DNA of 64,000 bases, taken from assembly GCF_020745735.1 (NCBI RefSeq), contig NC_083429.1, positions 3,077,139 through 3,141,138 on the forward strand, written 5' to 3'. The notes under the pieces are model-generated. The model ran no database searches and had not been told where the DNA came from. It saw only the letters and a list, made by a program, of their open reading frames with translations. Within the stretch, counting starts at the first letter, position 1. Each line of letters begins with the position of its first letter. The position numbers were made by a program, and so were the translations under genes. This DNA is from Hemiscyllium ocellatum. Lineage: Eukaryota. This document shows positions 24,818 through 37,710 of this stretch, piece by piece.

Positions 24818-25207
24818 GTAAAGCTGGAGCAGTTACCCTCCAAGCATGTAGGAACATGTACACCATCCCAGTATATTGATCTATAAACCTGGAGCATTTA
24901 TCCTCCTAGCATGCGGAGCTGTGTACACCATCCCAGTGAATTGATATGTAAACCAGGAGCAGTCACCCTCCCAGCATGTTGGACTGTGTACACAATCCCA
25001 GTGCATGGATTTGTAAACTTGGAGCAGTTACAGTCCCAGCATGTAGAGATGTATACACCATCCCAGTATGTTGAACTGTAAACCAATAGCAATTACCCTC
25101 CAAGCATGTAGGACTGTGTATACCACCTCAGTGTATTGGTCTATAAACCAGAAGCAGTTACCCTCCCAGCATGTAGAGCTGTGTCCATCACCCCAGTACA
25201 TTGTTCA
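24818..25207. repeat. 65-bp minisatellite, 6 copies, with more decayed copies from about 24690
   Basis: Units start at 24818, 24883, 24948, 25013, 25078 and 25143; consensus GTAAACCWGGAGCAGTTACCCTCCCAGCATGTAGGACTGTGTACACCATCCCAGT... Confidence 0.93.
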
Positions 25208-26646
25208 GTAACATTGTGTTAGATCACTTCCCAGTTTGGGGAAACTTGCAGCCAATGCTGGAAGTGATTGGATATGCAGCTCCCCTCCATTTGCAGCTTC
25301 ATATCTCCATTGTGCCATGGGATGTAAAACATCTCCTCAAAAGGAAGGAGGAAGTTTAGTGAAGGTTGAGGAGGCAAGGATCAGACAGGCCTCTAGAGGG
25401 TTACAAGTTAGCCAGGAAGGAACTGAAGAATGAACTCAGGAGAGCAACAAGTGGGCCTGAAAAGTTTTTATGGGTAGGATTAAGGTAAAAGCGAAGACGT
25501 ACTATACGTATGTCAGGAACAAGAGGACGGCCAGAGTGAGGGTAGGGCTCATCACAGATTGTGGAAGGAATTTGCGACATGAGTTGGAAGAGGTAGGAGA
25601 GGTCCTTAATGAATGCTTTCCTTCAGTATTCACTACTGAGAGGGGCATGAAAGTTTATGTGGAAAACGTGAAACAAGCTTATATGGTAGAGCAGGAGCGT
25701 GTGACGAAAATTTTGAGAAACACAAGGATAGATAATTCTCCTTGGCTAAACAGGATATAAGCAAGCACGCGACAATAAACGACAGAAGAGATTGCTGCGC
25801 GTTTGTCAATGACTTTTGCATCCTCACTGTCCACCACAGTCAGGCAGATGAAAAGAGGTTGGCAAATGTTATTCCCTTGGTCAAGCAATGGATTAGGGAT
25901 AATCTTTGGAATTATAGACCAATCAGTCTTACGACAGTGGTGGGCAAAGTATTGGAAAGGATTCTGAGAAACGTGATTTACGATTGCGTGGAAAAACCAG
26001 CGGTTGATAGAAATAGTCAGTATGCCTTTGTGAGGAGCAGGTCATGCCTCACGAATCTTTTTGATAATTTGAGGATATGCCAAAACACTTTTATGAAGGT
26101 AGATCAAAGGATGTGGTGTATATGGATTTTAGGAAGACGTTTGATAAAGTTTCACACTGTAGGCTCATTCAGAAAGTAATGAGGCATGGGATGCAGGGAA
26201 GTCTGATTGTTTGGATACACAATTCCTGGCCCAACGATGACAGAGTGTGGTAGTAGATGGAAAGAATTCAGTCTGGAGCTCTGTCATCAATGATGTACTT
26301 CAGGATCAGCTTTAGGACCTCTGCACTTTACGAATGTTATTAATGGTTTGGATGAGGAAATGTAAGTGTGGGTTAGTACGTTTGCCGAAAACACAAAGGT
26401 TGGTGGAGTTCTGGATAATGTTGAGGTATGTTATAGGTTGCAAAGGAACATTGACAGGATTCAGAACTGAGCTGATGAGAAGCAGATCAAGTTAAACCTG
26501 GAAAAGTGTGAAGTCATTCACTTTGAAAGGTCGAATTCGAATGTATAATATTGGGTTAAAGGCAGTATTTTTTGCAGTGCGGAGGAACAGAGGGATCTTG
26601 TGGTACATGTCCAGAGATGCCTCACAGTTGCCACCCAGGTTGATGG

Positions 26647-26802
26647 CAAATCAGCAAAAGCGAGAACTGCAGATGCTAGAGATCAGAGTCAAGATTAGAG
26701 TGATGCTGGAAAGTGAAGGGCTCCTGCCCAAAACATCAATTTTCCCTCTCCACGGATACTGCCTGACCTGCTGTGCTTTTCCAACACCACCCTAATCTTG
26801 AC
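26647..26802. mobile_element. Fold-back PLE-derived mini element
   Basis: GTCAAGATTAGAGTGATGCTGGAAA / TTTCCAACACCACCCTAATCTTGAC inverted arms; the right arm begins at the hammerhead remnant TGAAGGGCTCCTGCCCAAAAC. Confidence 0.78.
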
Positions 26803-26914
26803 CCAGATGTGGTTGTTAAGAAAGTGTATAATATATTGACTTTCACAAGCTAGGGAACTGAGTTTCAGAGTTGTGAGATTATGCTACAGCTCTATAAAGC
26901 TCGGATTAAACCAC

Positions 26915-27687
26915 TGTTATGAAGTTGAAGGTGTGTATAGTACGTTTTGTGAGAGAGTGAATGTTGTTCTGCACTGAGAGCTTGCAAGCACCTTCGTATG
27001 ACTAGCTAGCAGATCCCAGTATATACTGGAAAATATAAAGCATGCATCGTTTGACTGTGAAACAGATACCTTGAGTTTTGGTTGCTGTTTGACAACAATT
27101 CGAATTTAACAATTCAGTTTAAATTATGCCCCAGGATACAAAAGTCAATCGATGCTGAATGTATTGTTTTGCCACATCCAACAAATGAGAGGATCAAGTA
27201 TTGAGTGGCAAAAAAGTAGCTGGGAGTTCGCTAGTTTGGCTGAGGGTAACTGCCATCTACAGAGAGACTGCCATGCAAAACTCTCTCTGACAAAGATACC
27301 GTGTTTGTATGAAATATCCTTTCACTAAAATTCAGAAGACAACCCAGCAAGATCTTCAGCTGGAGGAAGGAGGACACTGGAGATGACAGACACTATGTGG
27401 TTTTGAAATTAAGTTGATGCAATTTTAGTATGGGCTTTTCTTATTGGAACATTATGTTCTTATAAATGTGAGGCAAATACCAATCAGTTCAGAGAAAGAG
27501 CGGTTTAGAGTTGTGAATAGTTGTTGTTCAATATTAACTTTTAGAGTTCAGGAATAAATTGAAATTATTTATACTTAAAGAGTGAATTTTGAGATTTGGC
27601 ACTCGTACTTTAACAGCTTAATGGCGAGTTGAGCTTTTCTGCCTGTTTGGTTTCATTAGTGGAAGAGTTCATCGCCATGATGTAAGA
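26915..27687 (+). mobile_element. Solo LTR (probably Gypsy-type)
   Basis: Starts TGTTAT and ends GTAAGA (decayed GTAACA); 4-bp TSD CCAC/CGAC; AATAAA at 27553; splits the CR1 RPHLEYC codons cleanly. Confidence 0.75.
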
Positions 27688-28719
27688 CGACACGTGGAAC
27701 TTTGTTATCAGTTCTGCTTGTCTTGTCATAGAAAAATGTGTAAGCTGCAGAGATGGTGCAGAGGATTTCCTGCAGTTCAAACGAAATATTGACACACTCC
27801 ACACTCACATAACCATGCAAACTGACAGCACCATCACCACACACACACACATTGGCAGGTAAAGGGAGTATCGCAATTGTATTGAGGACCCGAAGAGTGG
27901 AGCATGCTCATGTAGAGTAATGTGGAACGTGATTTGTTTCTGAAGAATATTCGTGACACGGAGTGTGCACAATAAAGAGTATTTTCACTGCAACTGCATT
28001 CAATGAAGATCGACTGATACATTTGTAAAGTTATGTAATGCATTAATTGCTCGTTCGTTAACTTGAAATCTTTTGTCATGCACTCTTACAAATTATAATG
28101 AAACGGACCCAATGGTGTTGGTATTATCTCAGGAACAATACCACTGGGTATCAGACTAAACTGCTCTGTGCTTAAAAAGACGTTATTTGAAATCCCAAGC
28201 AGCCGTTCAATCTGAGAGATTCACAGAATTTGATGTCCTCTGAGAGTGAAAAAGAATCTGACGTGTGCAGGGGAGGCCAGCAGAGGGTGGCATTGTATGG
28301 CTCGCAATTAACATTGACAGATAGTAGAGATGGAGGAAGGGGCAGATTGTTGATGACAATGTCAGTGTATTTACCCCCAAAACTATAAAGGCCACGTTTA
28401 ACAGAGATGCAGACAGAGGTACAAAGAAGCATACATAGACACATTAAACACAAACACATACAGATACAGATATGACCACTTACACACTAACACATGCAAC
28501 TCCTGCACACAGAAAATGTAGTTGATTTAAGATAGAGATAAATACGTTTTTAATTGATAAGGGAATCATTTGATCAGTTGGCAAAGGCAAAAGAATGAGG
28601 CTGAGAAACATTTCATCCGTGATCAAATAGCACAGCGGATCCGATTCGCTGAATGGCTTAATTCTGCTCAAATTTCCTATTTTCTGATGTGATTTATTTT
28701 GGAAAATCGAATTCAAATG

Positions 28720-29440
28720 CAGATTACAGGGTGAAAGGTAGCATTCTTGGCTGTGTGGAAGAACAGACCGAACTTAGCGTCCACTGAAGTTGCCACTGCA
28801 GTTGATAGGGGTGTTAAGAGGAGTATGGTGAATTGGCTTTCGTTAACAGGGAGATTAAGTTTAAGAGGCGCGAGATTATGCTGCAGCACTATAAAGCCCT
28901 GGTTCGACCACACATGAAGTATTGTGTTGAGTTCTGGTCGCCCCATTATGGAAAGAAATTGGAAGCTTTCCACAGGGTGCAGACAGAATTAACCAGGATG
29001 CTGCCTGTGCTGGAGGGCATGTCTTCTGAAGGATTTCTAAGGGTGTAAGACCTTTCTCATTGGAGTGAAGAAGGATGAGAGCTGACGAAATATAGGTGTG
29101 CAAGATGATGAGGAATAGATAGAGTGGACAATTGGAGACTTTTTACCAGGGTGGAAACGGCTATCACGCAGGGAGCATGATTTTAAAGTGATTGGAGGAA
29201 GGCTGAGGGAGATGTACGAGGCAGGTTGTTTTTCTATCGATAGTGGTAGGTGCGAGGAATGCACTGCCAGCGGTGCTAGCATAATCAGAAATATTTGGGA
29301 TATTCAAGCAACTTTTGGATAAACACATGTATGAAAATTAAAGGAAGGGTATGAAGTTTAGTTTAGCCTTAGACTAGGATAAAAGGTTGGCACAACATCG
29401 AAGGCTGCAGGGCTGTGCATTGCTGCACTATTCTATGTTC
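28720..29440 (+). mobile_element. CR1 LINE 3' end
   Basis: ORF 28833-29048 LQHYKALVRPHMKYCVEFWSPHY; TTCTATG tail. Confidence 0.92.
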
Positions 29441-30109
29441 CAATATCCTTCACTCTTGTGAGATTATGGTATCTGGAATTCATCAAACCTCAGCTGAACC
29501 TAAATTTGGTAAGTATTTGTTTGTCAATTGTTCAAGGAAATGTGGACAATTTTGAAGGGTTGAATGGCCTATATCTGTTTCTAATTGTTGTGTCTCTGTG
29601 CAAAGAATGGTGATTGGCTTGAGGGGGATACATTTTAAGAAAAAGGGCATTCCCATTTCTGACTGAGACAGTGATGTTCCTTTCTCTTTAGGGCTGAGTG
29701 ATCTGTAGTGTTCCCACGCCCAAGCAGCAGTGAAGACTGGGTTACTGAAAACATTCAAAATTTGGTTCCATAAATCGTTGATGAACAACAGAATCTATGT
29801 TTATTGGGAACAGACAGGAAAGGGATGTTCCGTTACAATCACATCAACAATGCACATTCTGAATGGAGCAGCAGGCGGAATGGCCACTTGCTGCTCCTAA
29901 CCCATATCTTGTTCTCTCACTAAAACCTTCGATTCTGTTTCTGAGCGAGAGGAAGATCCAATACAGCCCGTCAGCAATGAGTCACGAGGAGATGAGGAGA
30001 TCTTTTAGCCCTCTCAGGATTTTCAAAGGAAGATGATACACAGCACATAAGGAAGCCATCCAACCTTTCTAGGCTGCTACACAGGAACAGGGAACACTGG
30101 GCAACTATA

Positions 30110-31040
30110 AAGAAATAGACAGTAGGGATTGATGTTTGTTTTCAGTTTGGAAATCTTTAACGTAGTGGAGTGCCTAGAGATCAGTGCAAGATCAACAACG
30201 TTTTCGAACCTGTCAGTGATTTGGATGTGGGGACTGATTGGATTGGAGCTCTAGCTCAGCCACCAAGATGTTCAGTCAATAAGATTTCGAGAGGAGGTAG
30301 AGAGTCTGTAATGGGGTAGAGACAGGGGAGGTTAGCGTGTCAACCTTCAGCACAAAAAGTAAAACATGCGGGAATGAAATTTATGCTGTGACAAAAGGGT
30401 AAAACAACAGTAAAATACTTAAAAGGAGAGAGATCACGAAACTCAGTAGTACAAAGGGATTTGTGCATCCTGGTACATCCATCACACATAGTTATTATGC
30501 AGATGCGGTAAGTGATTTAAAAGTATATGGAATGATTCTACTTCACGCAAAGGCTATCAGGATATTTTACTGCTACTGATAATTCTGGCCACATCTGATG
30601 TATTGCGTGTATTGATGATTCCCTAAATAGAAAAATAAATATACTCAATTGATTCTGGAGCTTTGTAAATAAATTTCAATGTCCTATTCCTCGAAAGAAG
30701 GCTTTGTTCAGTCATACAGCATAGAAACACACCTTTCGGTTCACTTTGTCCATGGCAACCTGATGCCCTCAATTAGTCTCGTCCCACTTGCCAGCACTTG
30801 GCCCATCACCCTTCCAATTCAAGTACCCATCTAAATGGCTTTTAAGTTCTGTAATTTTCCCAGCCTCCAACACTTCCTTTGGCAGTTCATTCCATACACT
30901 CCGAGAAAACGTTGCCGCTTTTATATTTTTAAATCTTTCCCCCTCACCTTCAAACTATGTGCTCTGGTTTTGGACACCCTCAAGCTCAGAAAATGTCCTT
31001 GGTTATTTACCATTTCCATGCCCTTCATAAACCTCTGCAA
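30110..31040. mobile_element. Two old CR1 fragments (+ 30110-30710; - 30712-31040)
   Basis: Decayed GVPxGSV and RDLGxLVH motifs on +; reverse-complemented tail on -. Confidence 0.65.
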
Positions 31041-31744
31041 GGCCAGCGCACTTCAGGTTTGAGAATAAGAGATTTTCATACTGAACCATATTAGATCTTG
31101 AGGAGAGCATAACAGGTGCTTCGGTGATGGGCATTTTCTCTGGTGTGGGAAACTAGAACTAAGGATTCAAATTTAAGATAACAATGTATTCATTTTAACA
31201 CAGGTAGTACGAAGATATGAATTTATTGGACAAAATTATGAGGACACATACAAAAGCATCTTCAAATTATAGCTTATAAATTGCTCCTACGTGGATCAGG
31301 AAAAACGAACGGAGTCATACAATCCCGAAAATATTCAAGGAAGCTTCACTTGGTCCAATTAGATGGTCAGACAACATTATTGTATGTTTCATTTAAAAGT
31401 TGGAGAAGATGCAACCTTCTAGACAAGTCACGGCTTATTGTTTCCTTTGTTTCCTTGTTCCTTCTCACAGCAACGTATGAGAGGTGAAAACTCATCAGGC
31501 ATCTTAAGCACTCGTGAAGGATTCCTGCTCAGGATTCATTGGAATCTCCACACTGCCTGAAGCAAAGGGAATTCAGCCAAATCTAAATGTTCCAGGAAGG
31601 AATCCGATTGACCGCAGCTTTTGTGAACAGAATTATCTCAGAGGCAGAATACAATTTAATATTTCCTTTTGTTGTGAATTTACCTTTTGCTACGAAAATC
31701 TCTTTCAAGCTGATATTCTGCAGAGTTTCTTTCTGTTTGTCTTG

Positions 31745-33621
31745 TGCATGTGTATGTGTGTGTCTGTGTGCACCGGTGTGTGTGCTGTCTGTATGCACCT
31801 GTGTGTGTGACACTGCGTGTCTTAGTGTATGTGTCTGTGTATGTGTACGTTTCTGTGTATACAAACTGCGTCTCAGTACACATTGAAAGGTAAATATTAA
31901 TGTACATATTTGTCCACACTACCTTTCATGTATCTTTCCATCATAGGTTAAGTAAGTTTACTTTGGTGAATTAATTTTCCAAATTTAAACTATCTCCCTG
32001 ACTTTCCCTAACAAAGAACCTGACCTAGTGTTAGAATGCATCATTGGTCATATCACAAACCGAGTTATTTTTCAAATGTGTCATGACCAAAGGAGGAGAG
32101 GGACTAGAAAATGAAACAGAGACCTCTCCAGCCCCAGTCTGCACAGGGATGAGGAGAAATTCACAATGGTCTTCCCCGGATGTTTGTGGTGCTTGCATGT
32201 TTGCATTTATTCAAAGCTTTGCTACTATGATATTGGATAGTAAAGGACAATGAACTGCAGACAAGCAAGTGAGGCTGAAGCCACAACCTGATCAGCCACA
32301 ATCTTACAGCCTGGTGGAAAACGCTCAAAGTGTCTCATGACTAACCCTTCTCCTCAGTCCCATGTTCTTATGTTCCATTGAACCTTTCAAACCTGCTGGG
32401 CACGAACAGTCGGAGACCATTTACCCCAATAACCTGTTGCACAGAAACAGTGGAAAGCATTCAGACAATGAAGGCTGTCACACACATTTTGACAAGGCGT
32501 TGCAAAATATTCTTGGGAAAAGAAAGGGTAGGTGACGGTGTGAAACATCTTACTCCTCTGACTTCACAGAACTGTCTTCATTTGTTGGTCATGTTGCCGA
32601 TCCAGATTCACTTTAAATACTGCCGCCATATCTCACACAGCGAATGCCCACAAAATCCTCTGGTCTCTCTGACTGCAACTCCCAATAACATAATTTCCAG
32701 GAATATAACTGAATGAGAGAACGTCAGATACACGAATACGTCATTCAGCCCGTCCGGCCTGTCTTTATCTTCACTATTATCATAGCTAATCTGAAAAAGC
32801 CTCAACTATTCTTTTCTGCTCAATCCCTGCAGCCCTCAATATTCTGATGCCTCATATATCCATTCTGCCCCCTTCTAAACATCTAAGTCATCTAACTCCC
32901 CTACGTCTCTGGAATACAGAAGTCCCAACTGTCACTACCCTCTGTGAGACGGCAACGCTCCACACAAACCCACCGTGACCTATTCACATGAATAAAAGAT
33001 ATGTCTTTGCGCATATGTATGAGTGTGTCTGTGTGCACCTGTGTGTGGTGTCTGTGTGCCCCTGTGGGTGTGAGACTGTGAGAGTTTCAGTGTATATGTC
33101 TGTGCATGTGTATGTTTTTGTGTATACAAACTGCATCTCAGTACACATTGAAAGATAAATATTAATGTACATATTTGGCCACACTACCCTTCATGTGTCT
33201 TTCCATCATAGGTTAAGTAAGTTTACCTTGGTAAATTACTTTTCCAAATTTAAGCTATCTACCTGACTTTCCATAACAAATAACCTGACCTAGTATTAGA
33301 ACTGCATCATTGGCCACATCACCAACCTAGTTACATTTCAAATGTGTCATGAAAAATGGAGAAGAGGGACAAGAAAATGAAACAGAGACCTCTCCAGCCC
33401 CAGTCTGAACAGGGATGAGGAGAAATTCACAATGGTCTTCCCCGGAAGTTTGTGGTGCTTGCCTGTTTGCATTTATTCAAAGCCATGCTACTACGATTTT
33501 GGATGGTAAGGGATAATTAACTGCAGACAACCAAGTGAGGCTGAAGCCACAACCTGATCAGCCACAATCTTACGGTCAGGTGGAGAAGGCTCAAACTGTC
33601 TCATGACTAACCCTTCTCCTC
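31745..33621 (+). repeat. Recent direct duplication of about 610 bp (31745-32355 and 33008-33621)
   Basis: Near-identical (TG)-rich block, unique segment and CR1-tail remnant in both copies. Confidence 0.93.
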
Positions 33622-33771
33622 CTGTCTATAATGCAAGGAGAGGAGTATAGACAGCACTTCGAGGTGTTAAACAGGAGTCACGAGTTGCCAAGTCAGGTCT
33701 TTGAGTCTCTTCTATGTGAACAGTAGGAAGTCACTCAGTCTGTCAAGTCCATAATACCACAAGACTATAAG

Positions 33772-34109
33772 ATCATAAGACATAGGAGTGGAAGTAAGTC
33801 CATTCGGCCCATCGAGTCCACTCCGCCATTCAACCATGGCTAATGGGCATTTCAACTCCACTTACCCGCATTCTCCCCGTAGCCCTTAATTCCTCGTGAC
33901 ATCATGAATCTATCAGTCTCTGCCTTGAAGACATCTGGCGTCCCGGCCTCCACTGCACTTTGCGGCAATGAATTCCACAGGCCCACCACTCTCTGGCTGA
34001 AGAAATGTCTCCGCATTTCTGTTCTGAATTGACACCCTCTAATTTTAAGGCTTTGCCCACGGGTCTTAGTCTCCTCGCCTAACGGAAAACAATTCCTAGT
34101 GTCCACCCT
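33772..34109 (-). mobile_element. Young 5'-truncated CR1 3' end with TSD
   Basis: ORF 33852-34106 RTEMRRHFFSQRVVGLWNSLPQ intact; TATAAG duplicated at 33766-33771 and 34110-34115. Confidence 0.92.
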
Positions 34110-34140
34110 TATAAGTCAATTATGCATAAGTAGTAAGATG

Positions 34141-34337
34141 TCATTGATGCCCCAACATGACAAGCAGTGAAGCAGTGACTACACAGATAAACTGCTCTAT
34201 GTTGTTCCTTCTGGATCCATTGCTCGTGGTACACGAGTTTCTTTGACTTGGATTACAAAAGGTGAGAAGGGACAGTGGATGATTTTTGCCAAGTCTCAAC
34301 GAAATAGATTCTGTCTCCGAGAAGACAGATTGGTGTT
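34141..34337 (-). pseudogene. Disabled paralog of the candidate exon at 62852-63051 (unknown protein)
   Basis: HQSVFSETESISLRLGKNHPL...(frameshift)LVYHEQWIQKEQHRAVYLCSH; acceptor AG lost; aligns to the 62852-63051 copy. Confidence 0.45.
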
Positions 34338-34639
34338 TCGATGGAGATTAGAGACTGGTCGGAATGGCTAACTCTTTCAGGAGTAAGGTTTTATTGCTGC
34401 TGACAGATTTGTGAACAGTGCAGGTTTGCACACCAACTGCCTATTGAGAGAGTGAGAGTTCATTCAGAGCCTGAAGCTGCCTCTCAACCAACATGGGGCT
34501 CCTGGCATGTATGTGAACTATTGGGAATCAAATATCATGGAGAAATGTAATGTTTCACATGATCACTGTCTTTTTCTTGACAATATGAGTGTTAGTGCCT
34601 AATCTTCAAGATGAAATGAAAAAGCCTGTTATTCGCTCT

Positions 34640-35500
34640 CAGCGTCACGGATTCAACACTCATTTTCCTCACACTTTCCTCACGGTACCCTCATCTGGTG
34701 AAACTATTTTGCACTATCTCAATCGCAATAAAATCGTTCCTTATCAAGAAGGGAGAATCTGTACTGACTGGCCTAAATACTGTCCAAGCAACACTCTACA
34801 ACTGCAGTAAGATTAATTTACTTCAACATCTTGAATCATTTTGTAATGAAGGACAACATACCAATTACTGTCCTGATTACTTGCTAGCTCATGTGAATTA
34901 TGTATGTGATATCTGCAGTTCCAAATTTCACACCTTTTCATAAATTCAAAATGGAAATGACTACTTTTTCCTCACATTCAAATGATTCTTTTGTCTTGTG
35001 AGCAGCTGTGCCCCAAGCACTGATACATGGGATACCCGATGGGCAATGACTTTTAGTCCAGAGCAGAATCTCACACGCTGTATTCTCCCCATTATCCAAT
35101 TCTCATTCCATGCAGTATATTCACCCCTTACACAAGGACTCTAACGTTCTTCACTTACCTGTCAAAAGCTTCCTGAAAATTCAAATACGCTGTTCACATT
35201 GGTGCTCATTTGTCGATGTCACAATAAACATCCTCCACAAATTCCAAGTGGTTTATCAAAAACAATTTCACTTTCTAAAATTTAGGCTAACTCCGCAAAA
35301 CATATCATTATCCTCCAAAGATCTAGTTATTATGAATTACTAAAAGAAATTCTAATATTTCCCCTGAAATCTGAGATCAATTTATTCATCAGTTGGTATT
35401 CTGTTTTCCTTCTATCTCCTGTTTTAAATAGCTGTCGTCGCAGTAGCTATCTCGAAGTCTGCAGTATCCTTTCCATAACATAAAATGGTTTGAAAAACTT
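34640..35500 (-). mobile_element. Old CR1 fragment
   Basis: Decayed antisense RT motifs; the first part is shared with 63520-63790. Confidence 0.65.
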
Positions 35501-36469
35501 TGCCCTCCTTCAACGATTTAAGGAATTGACTGTACAGAATCAGACCATTCAGTTCCTACTCCCGAAAGAGCTACACAGCAAGCACAATTCTCCAGCCCTG
35601 AATCTGTAGCCGTCTCAATTCATAACTCATTTAGTCCAGCAACTTACAATGCATTGAGCTTTGTTTTTTTTCCCCAGTACTTCGTCTTTAATAATTCTAA
35701 CTTCTTGCAGTTCCACATTTTCGACAGTCAGCGTGTTCCCTAACATTTCTGGAATATTTTCTATTCCTTCCTCAGTGGAGACAGAACCGGATGAAGATGG
35801 CCTCTGTCACCTTGTGAGTACATGAGAGAATCGCACTCTGGCAAAATGGATGCTTCACCCACTACTGCCTGGAAAGTTCCAGAATCAAAACAGTTGTTGT
35901 GCATTTTGAGTACTGTCCTCTTCCTGGTGTGAGATTAGAGGTTATGCTGGAACAGGTTTCATAGCTCTGTGACCTCATTGTTGAAATTAACTGCCTTCGC
36001 ACTATGCACATTGAAAAGGTTCAACATTTGGAAATATTTGTGGAAATCTCAGAAAGGATAGTGTAGTGTCCTACTCCTTCCTATGCAGTCCCTGCAGCCC
36101 CAGACTCTCTCCAAAATGCATTGCCCAAATCTTGTCCAGAATGGGAAACCAGACCTTCAGGTTTCCCTAAATCATTGTAGTAGCAGATAACACAAACTCA
36201 AGAAAACAATGCAGAGAACCTCCTCTCACTTTCCAGTGATGGGTATAAGTCAAATCTCTATATACATGCCACACGCACTCAGATTTAAGAAATGGCTCTC
36301 TCTCCTCAGTTTCTGTTCCTAGTTGAGAAACCATTGCTGCTCTGCACAGTCCCTGTAACCTGAAATATTACTGGTTCTGTTCTCCATGGAAGTAGTTAAC
36401 AAAGCAACTGAAAAAGTTTATGTACCTCAGTAACAATAACAGCAACACTACCAATACCAGTGTAGATGC

Positions 36470-36935
36470 TGATGATCCGATGTTCTAATCCTATTATCTC
36501 CAGACTATTAATACAGGGACCCAGCTAATGATTCAGACCTGGACTTCAATCCCGCCTCATCAGAGGGTGGAATTTGAATTCAATGTAGTGTTTGGGTTAA
36601 CAATCTAATGAAAGATTGTCAATTGTCAAATAAAAACAAACACCTGCCCTCTTGTCTCCTTCGTGGAAGGAAATCTGTTATCTTCACGTGGTCAGGCCTA
36701 CATGTGACACCAGACCCAAAGCAATGTGATTGACTCTCAAGCCAGCCATTCAGTCATATCACTACAAGATGTCAAAGAAATGAAAGCAGACAGATCTAAG
36801 CACTGGCAGCCTACAGCATGTGGATTGCATTGGTTCAAACAGGCAGCTCACCAACATCTTCTCACGGTCAACCCGGAAAGTGAAATATATACTGGCCCAG
36901 CTAGTGACACCCATGTCCCATTATTGAATAAAAGA
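36470..36935 (+). mobile_element. SacSINE1-like SINE / LINE tail
   Basis: GGAAGGAAATCTG...GGCCTACATGTGACACCAGACCC core; GGCAGCTCACC...CCCATGTCCC..GAATAAAA tail. Confidence 0.7.
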
Positions 36936-37359
36936 AGATGACCACACTCATGGAAGAGAGACAGAGGGGACATACCTTGTTTTAGGCAGGAACTTGGATA
37001 TATATCTACATAGGCATGATATTCCGGAATATGGGAGAAGATAATAAAAATCAACGAGATTAATGTCACATTTTATTTCCATCCCAGTTGATTATCAATA
37101 ATTCCTTTATTTGATTCTTTTTCTGTATCTCGCTTTTTCTCCATATATTCACCTCACTCCACCACAACATGTTACACTCTTTCCCAGCTGCTTTCATATC
37201 TGGTGCATGGTGAGTCGACTCAAAATGTTAACTCTGTTTTTCTCTCAACAGAAGCTGCCAAACCTGTTCCGTTTCCCCAGCTCTTTGAGTCTTTTTGATT
37301 CAGATCTTCAGTACCTTTCTTTGTTTGATTTAATGTTTATTTCTGGTATTTCATGAGAT

Positions 37360-37710
37360 GTCAGCATCACTGCTAAGAGCAGTATTTGATGACTATCACT
37401 AATTGCCCTTAATTGTGACCATTGCATAAGGCGGTACAGACCCAAGCATATTGTTGTGGGTCTGAAATAACTCTCAATCCAGACCCAGTAACGATGTTAG
37501 ATTTCTTTAGGAAAGGACATCAGTGAAACAGGTAGATTGTTAGACAAAATGCTACTCGCTTTTTGGTTACAGTTTGTGCATTTGTTTTTATTTAGATTCT
37601 TATTGTTTGAATTTAAGTTCTGCAATCAGCTGTGGTAGGATATGAAACAGTATCTTTAGTATTCTGAATTCCCCATCCACAGACATTACTAGTATGACAC
37701 AGTGGCCCAA
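37360..37710 (-). mobile_element. SacSINE1-like SINE, degenerate
   Basis: Reverse complement of the same core. Confidence 0.6.

Larger units (their letters stand above)
25330..27775 (+). mobile_element. CR1 LINE ORF2, degenerate, with nested mini-PLE and solo LTR
   Basis: NYRPISLTTVVGKVLERILR, RSCLTNL and DF.K.FDKV motifs; CR1 sequence resumes after the LTR at 27688. Confidence 0.9.

Noticed and set aside
24818-25207. CRISPR-like regular array
   Set aside because: Whole units are homologous with no unique spacers, there are no cas genes, and the context is eukaryotic.
27732-27858. Apparent plus-strand exon KCVSCRDGAEDF... with AG and GTAAAG
   Set aside because: The first half is the decayed continuation of the CR1 RT (YRKDVEALERVQRRFT) after the solo LTR.
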